The translations under genes were made by a program, and so were the position numbers. From an uncultured virus (IMG/VR IMGVR_UViG_3300044843_001102) (lineage: Duplodnaviria; Heunggongvirae; Uroviricota; Caudoviricetes): 64,000 bases of DNA. Position 1 is the first letter of the stretch; each line of letters starts with the position of its first letter. The notes under the pieces were generated by a model. That model did no database searches and was not told the origin of the DNA. It saw only the letters and a list, made by a program, of their open reading frames with translations. The stretch is from IMG/VR virus record IMGVR_UViG_3300044843_001102, one strand, 5' to 3'. Below are positions 59,899 through 64,000 of the stretch, in pieces.

Positions 59899-61467
59899 TT
59901 AAACCTCCACGATTGCGTTGTTTGTTGTAATCAAAGTAGAAACAACTGATACAGAATTCTTGACCGCAGAAGTTGTCACACGAACAGGATCTATCACGCC
60001 TGCCTCATACAAGTCTACCACCCTCAGGGTCTTTACGTCAAGTCCATATCCATCCTTTGACTTGGTGACTCGTTCTGCCAAAGTTTGTGGAACAAGGTCA
60101 AGATTCTCGCAGATCTTTTCAAACGGAGCAGATAAGGATCTAATAACAATGTTATATCCGTCAACTTGATCTTGTGGTAACTTTGGGGCCTTAAGGGTTC
60201 TAGAAGCTCGTAGAAGCGTTACACCTCCCCCTGGGTGGGTTCCCGCTAGTTGGGCGGATCTAACCGCCTCTAAGGCGTCTTCAATGCGATGTTTCTTCTC
60301 AATCACCTCTACTTCGCTTGAACCACCGACTCTAATTGAAACGACTCCACTTGCTAGTCTAGTAACACGATCTTGAATTCTCTTACATTCCTCAAGATCA
60401 TTTGTTTCTTTGATTAGTTGTTTTAGTTCTTCTGAACGATTATCAATTGCTTCAGCGGATCCTTTTCCGCCGATGATTGCTGTCTGAGACTTTCCAATCT
60501 CGACTCCTTTACAACGTCCAAAATCCGCGAGAGTAAAGGAACTGAAATCCAAACCAGACTCGCGAGTAAAGAACTTACCACCAGTAGCAACAGCAAGATC
60601 AGCCAGAACATTTCTTCTCTCTTCTCCATAGTAAGGGGCTTTTACAGCAACAACTTTCATTGAATTACGAACAGCATTAACAATAAGTGCAGCAAGCAAT
60701 TGACCTTCAATATCATCAGCAACAATTACTAATGGTTTCTTTTCTCTTGATGCCAACTCTAACACTGGGAGGATTGGTTCAACATGTTCCAGTTTCCAGT
60801 CTGTAATAAAGACAAGACAATCATTATGCTTTGCAACCTTCCTCATCTCGTCAGTAATGAATTGAGGAGATAGATAACCGGATTCAAAGATAAACCCTTC
60901 TGTCAGATCAAGTTCTGTCTCGTAAGATCTTGAATCTTCAATTGTTATTGCTCCGTTCTTTCCCGCCAGATCAACTGCCTTGGCAATCAACTTACCAATA
61001 ACTGGATCGTTATTGGCCGAAACTGTCGCAATGTTCTCAATATCTTCGATTGACTGAATAGTTTTTGCTTTTGACTGAACAAACTCAATAACATCCTTTG
61101 ATGCTCTTTCCATTCCTCTTCTCATTTCAGTTGGAGAAACTCCAGCAGAAATAAATCTTTGAGATTCTTTAAGCATTCTATGTGCTAGGAGGGTACTAGT
61201 AGTTGTTCCGTCACCTGCTTCGTGAGCAGTAAGAGCCGAGACTTGCTTGAGAATCTGTGCTCCAACATTTTCAAATGGATCTTCAAAATCAACAAAACGA
61301 GCAACGGTTACTCCGTCCTTTGTAATGATTGGTCTTTTATCTTTTTGTTGTAGGATTACATTTCTACCACCAGGTCCAAGGGTAGAACTTACAATGTTAG
61401 AGAGTTTTTCCACTCCGTTTAGAACTTTTTCTTGAAGAATCTTGTTTCCTTCGTATGCCTTCGCCAT
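59899..61467 (-). CDS. groEL: Phage chaperonin GroEL
   Basis: TLGP.GRNV, ITKDGVTVA, AGDGTTT, GGG, GVIDP; no GGM tail. Confidence 0.95.
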   Translation of the reverse strand: MAKAYEGNKILQEKVLNGVEKLSNIVSSTLGPGGRNVILQQKDKRPIITKDGVTVARFVDFEDPFENVGAQILKQVSALTAHEAGDGTTTSTLLAHRMLKESQRFISAGVSPTEMRRGMERASKDVIEFVQSKAKTIQSIEDIENIATVSANNDPVIGKLIAKAVDLAGKNGAITIEDSRSYETELDLTEGFIFESGYLSPQFITDEMRKVAKHNDCLVFITDWKLEHVEPILPVLELASREKKPLVIVADDIEGQLLAALIVNAVRNSMKVVAVKAPYYGEERRNVLADLAVATGGKFFTRESGLDFSSFTLADFGRCKGVEIGKSQTAIIGGKGSAEAIDNRSEELKQLIKETNDLEECKRIQDRVTRLASGVVSIRVGGSSEVEVIEKKHRIEDALEAVRSAQLAGTHPGGGVTLLRASRTLKAPKLPQDQVDGYNIVIRSLSAPFEKICENLDLVPQTLAERVTKSKDGYGLDVKTLRVVDLYEAGVIDPVRVTTSAVKNSVSVVSTLITTNNAIVEV

Positions 61468-61927
61468 TAATCGCCTCATTTAAGTAATGTATTAACTGCT
61501 CTTGAAGCATTCTTTTATCTCTGTATGCTTGAGCCTTCTCCATTGTATCAAAGAATCTCATTTTTGCAAGAGCTTTTTCTTTTATTTCGTCCTTTAAATC
61601 GTTCCCTCTAACTTCCAAAACAAACTTACACTTCTCTTTTGGGGAATATGGTCCAGCGGTGAGTGGTTGAACATTTGGTATGTAATCAACAATCTGTCCG
61701 TATTTTCCAATAAATACCATATCAAGCGGTATGTATGTTTCTTTCATTTGGAAAGAATGAACATCTTCCTTTGGCATATCAAATAACATGCCGAGTCCTT
61801 CGTCAAGATTATGTCTCTTGGAAAGTCCTTTGTGACGAGATTGATCATCCATAGCAACTTCCACAACATAATGCTTCGAACCTATGCTAACATGACCAAA
61901 TGGTTTTGTCAAGATCTTTTTTTTCAT
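61397..61927 (-). CDS. DUF192 domain protein
   Basis: GMLF..F.MKET.IPLDMVFI..VLEV. Confidence 0.8.
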   Translation of the reverse strand: MKKKILTKPFGHVSIGSKHYVVEVAMDDQSRHKGLSKRHNLDEGLGMLFDMPKEDVHSFQMKETYIPLDMVFIGKYGQIVDYIPNVQPLTAGPYSPKEKCKFVLEVRGNDLKDEIKEKALAKMRFFDTMEKAQAYRDKRMLQEQLIHYLNEAINGEGIRRKQDSSRKSSKRSGKTL

Positions 61928-61930
61928 TAT

Positions 61931-63232
61931 TTATCCTTCCGAGTCAGATACTCCAGGTGTTGCTTTGGTTGTGAATTGTCTAAATCCTTTTCTAACCTTT
62001 GTCATCGCTTGAAATGTATTTTCTGCGCTTTCTTTATTCATTGTTGAAAAATATGAGTTCATGCTTGATAGCACTTCTTGGTTGTCCTTAAGAATTTGAT
62101 TCATTTTACCAACAAGAGTTTTTTGATACTCATTTGAAATTTGTTGCAATCTTTCGTCTGATAAATTAAATTCTCCTATTAAAGCTTCGGATCCTTTTAT
62201 GTTTGCATCGATAACACCTTTTGATATACTAAATTGAGTTTCTAGTGAAAAAGAATCAGCATTTGTAAATAAGTCTTTGTTGTCTTCTATAAATTGTAGA
62301 TTCCTAAACCTATCGACCATTGCCTCTCCGGCATTTCTGTAAGTGTTGTTCTCATATCCTGATTGTATTCTGCTCAAAATAGCATCAGATTCTCTTTCTG
62401 TTAAAACCGGGAAGTGTAAATAATAAACATTTTGATTCGAAGAAATCTTTAGACTTAGTCCTTCTTTCTGTATTAATTTGTTAATTGCATTTAAATCTAC
62501 GCCATCTTTAAAAATAAAATTACCATTGTTTCCACCAGCCTCAAGAAAACCTTTTGGATAAGTTATTTGCGTAAAAAAGTTTTCATATGGTAAGACCCAT
62601 TCATAAAATCTATAAATACCATTTTTAACATCTTTTGTGATAATTAAATACTCATATTCTTCGTTTCTATCAAGATTAGCAAATTTCTTACAGAGATTTA
62701 AAAAACTACCTTTGATTTTTAAACTGGTTGCTGATAAAGTTTTTATTGAATAATCTCTCACAAATTCTTCTCCGCCGGAAGACTTTTGAACTTTAATAAC
62801 GTCAACAATTGAGTTATTTGCTAATTTTGAACCTTGAATGATTTGTGCAATAATTGTTTCCATTTGGAAACCGGCAGAACTTGCCTCTAGTTTTTCAAGC
62901 GCTTCTTTAAGTTCTTGAATTAACAATATCGATGAAAACGCAACATTAATTGGAAAACTCTTTACCTGTGCTTTGTCAGCGGTTAAGAAACTATTAACGG
63001 TTGATAAACGATCAGATAATAACTCACCTTGACCTTTAAACAATCCGGAGAATAATGATTGCAATTCTCTATATGCTTCTGTATCTGGATCTCCTGATAA
63101 TAGATTTATTCTTGATTTTGAATAAATTGGACCAAATGCTTGCTCATTCAATTTTGATTCAATCATTTCAATTAACAATTCGTTTCCTTTTTTTGGAGCG
63201 AAATGTTTTTCAATTAACTTCTCAAGATTCAT
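61931..63232 (-). CDS. Hypothetical protein (possible PD-D/ExK fold)
   Basis: AGFQME...IVD...YSIK spacing. Confidence 0.45.
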   Translation of the reverse strand: MNLEKLIEKHFAPKKGNELLIEMIESKLNEQAFGPIYSKSRINLLSGDPDTEAYRELQSLFSGLFKGQGELLSDRLSTVNSFLTADKAQVKSFPINVAFSSILLIQELKEALEKLEASSAGFQMETIIAQIIQGSKLANNSIVDVIKVQKSSGGEEFVRDYSIKTLSATSLKIKGSFLNLCKKFANLDRNEEYEYLIITKDVKNGIYRFYEWVLPYENFFTQITYPKGFLEAGGNNGNFIFKDGVDLNAINKLIQKEGLSLKISSNQNVYYLHFPVLTERESDAILSRIQSGYENNTYRNAGEAMVDRFRNLQFIEDNKDLFTNADSFSLETQFSISKGVIDANIKGSEALIGEFNLSDERLQQISNEYQKTLVGKMNQILKDNQEVLSSMNSYFSTMNKESAENTFQAMTKVRKGFRQFTTKATPGVSDSEG

Positions 63233-63269
63233 TGTTTTACCTCTGGAGTAATTAGGTTCTTAATAAAGA

Positions 63270-63297
63270 TGAAGCCCAGTTTTTAGGCTGGGCTTCA
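63270..63297. terminator. Intergenic hairpin, likely terminator
   Basis: GAAGCCCAG/CTGGGCTTC. Confidence 0.6.
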
Positions 63298-63325
63298 CTT
63301 GATTTCTTGGAGATTGCTTACCTGC

Positions 63326-63997
63326 TTATTTCTTCTTAGCCATTGCTGCTTTCTTTTTCTTCATCATCATTTCTTTTTTCTTGGCAGCTTCTTCTTTCTC
63401 TTTTTTCTTTGCAGCCATTTGCTTTTCTTTCATCATTTTCTTAGCTTTTGCTGCAGCTTTTGGATCTTTCTTTGCTTCCATTAAACGAGCCTTAACTCTG
63501 AGAGCAACTTTATTAACTAGGCGGTCAATTGCCTCTTGTAGAGCGGCTGGTGGTGGAGGTGATGCGCCTGCTGGTTCTTCGCCCTCTCCGCCTTCTGCTG
63601 GCTCCATTTCTTCTTCACCTTCTTCCTCAACCTTAACTTCCACGCCTAGTGTTTCTTGTACTAATTCACCAAGTTTCTTTACGAACTCTTTAATCTTTGC
63701 TTCCATTTGATCTCCACCTTCCATTGCTGGTGGTGGTTCTGCTGCTGGTGGTGGTGGCGCATCGGTTTCTGCTTGTTCTAGAAGTCTCTTTAATCTACTC
63801 ATGCTTCTACGAATACTTTCCTTCATCGCCCCACAATCTCCTTCGTGGATTTTATGGCAGTGTGGGCATTTTTCTTTTTTCTTTGCTTCTTCTAGATCTT
63901 CGTCTTCTTCATAATCATCACTATCATCACCATCGCCATGTGGTTTTTTCTTTGCTTCTTCTAGGTCTTCTTCGCCTTCATAGAGATTTTCTTCCAT
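63326..63997 (-). CDS. Acidic/Lys-rich low-complexity protein (scaffold-like), probably 5'-truncated
   Basis: LEEAKK repeats, L-x-E motifs, ORF reaches the window edge. Confidence 0.5.
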   Translation of the reverse strand: MEENLYEGEEDLEEAKKKPHGDGDDSDDYEEDEDLEEAKKKEKCPHCHKIHEGDCGAMKESIRRSMSRLKRLLEQAETDAPPPPAAEPPPAMEGGDQMEAKIKEFVKKLGELVQETLGVEVKVEEEGEEEMEPAEGGEGEEPAGASPPPPAALQEAIDRLVNKVALRVKARLMEAKKDPKAAAKAKKMMKEKQMAAKKKEKEEAAKKKEMMMKKKKAAMAKKK

Positions 63998-64000
63998 CTC

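Noticed and set aside
1..64000. Stop-codon reassignment
   Set aside because: Conserved genes are full length in code 11, all three stops end genes, and no suppressor tRNA was found

Overview
A 64 kb segment of a large (jumbo-type) tailed bacteriophage genome. It uses the standard genetic code, and essentially all genes are on the minus strand. The left part (1-25.5 kb) is AT-rich and late/virion-like. It carries two glycosyltransferases, PIN-PhoH, Hc1-like, ClpP-like and Fis-like genes, several peptidoglycan enzymes, a probable lysis cassette, and a set of unrelated enzymes that share an N-terminal MKxLxxEWRxY..E leader; several of these genes sit behind an ACTATTTA motif. The middle (25.5-55 kb) is an early/host-takeover region with many small ORFs, 14 canonical tRNAs, a one-piece tmRNA (tag ANDNVAFDYAVAA) and most of the window's 20 near-consensus minus-strand sigma70 promoters. 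It also holds a Bsp6I-like restriction endonuclease and a matching C5 methyltransferase 14 kb apart, an HNH nuclease, a deaminase, a MoxR/vWA pair and zinc-knuckle paralogs. The right end encodes a DEDDh exonuclease, TrmH, Hsp20, GroEL and DUF192. The most unusual signals are non-coding. One is a tandem array of six promoters, five of which fire into a pentaloop hairpin with a variable stem, with rrn-like boxA sites in two units. The other is a set of unannotated structured RNAs interleaved with the tRNAs: 6S-like rods, tRNA mimics and CCGAUUGGAA-loop hairpins. All family calls are from motif recognition by eye; no searches or folding programs were run.
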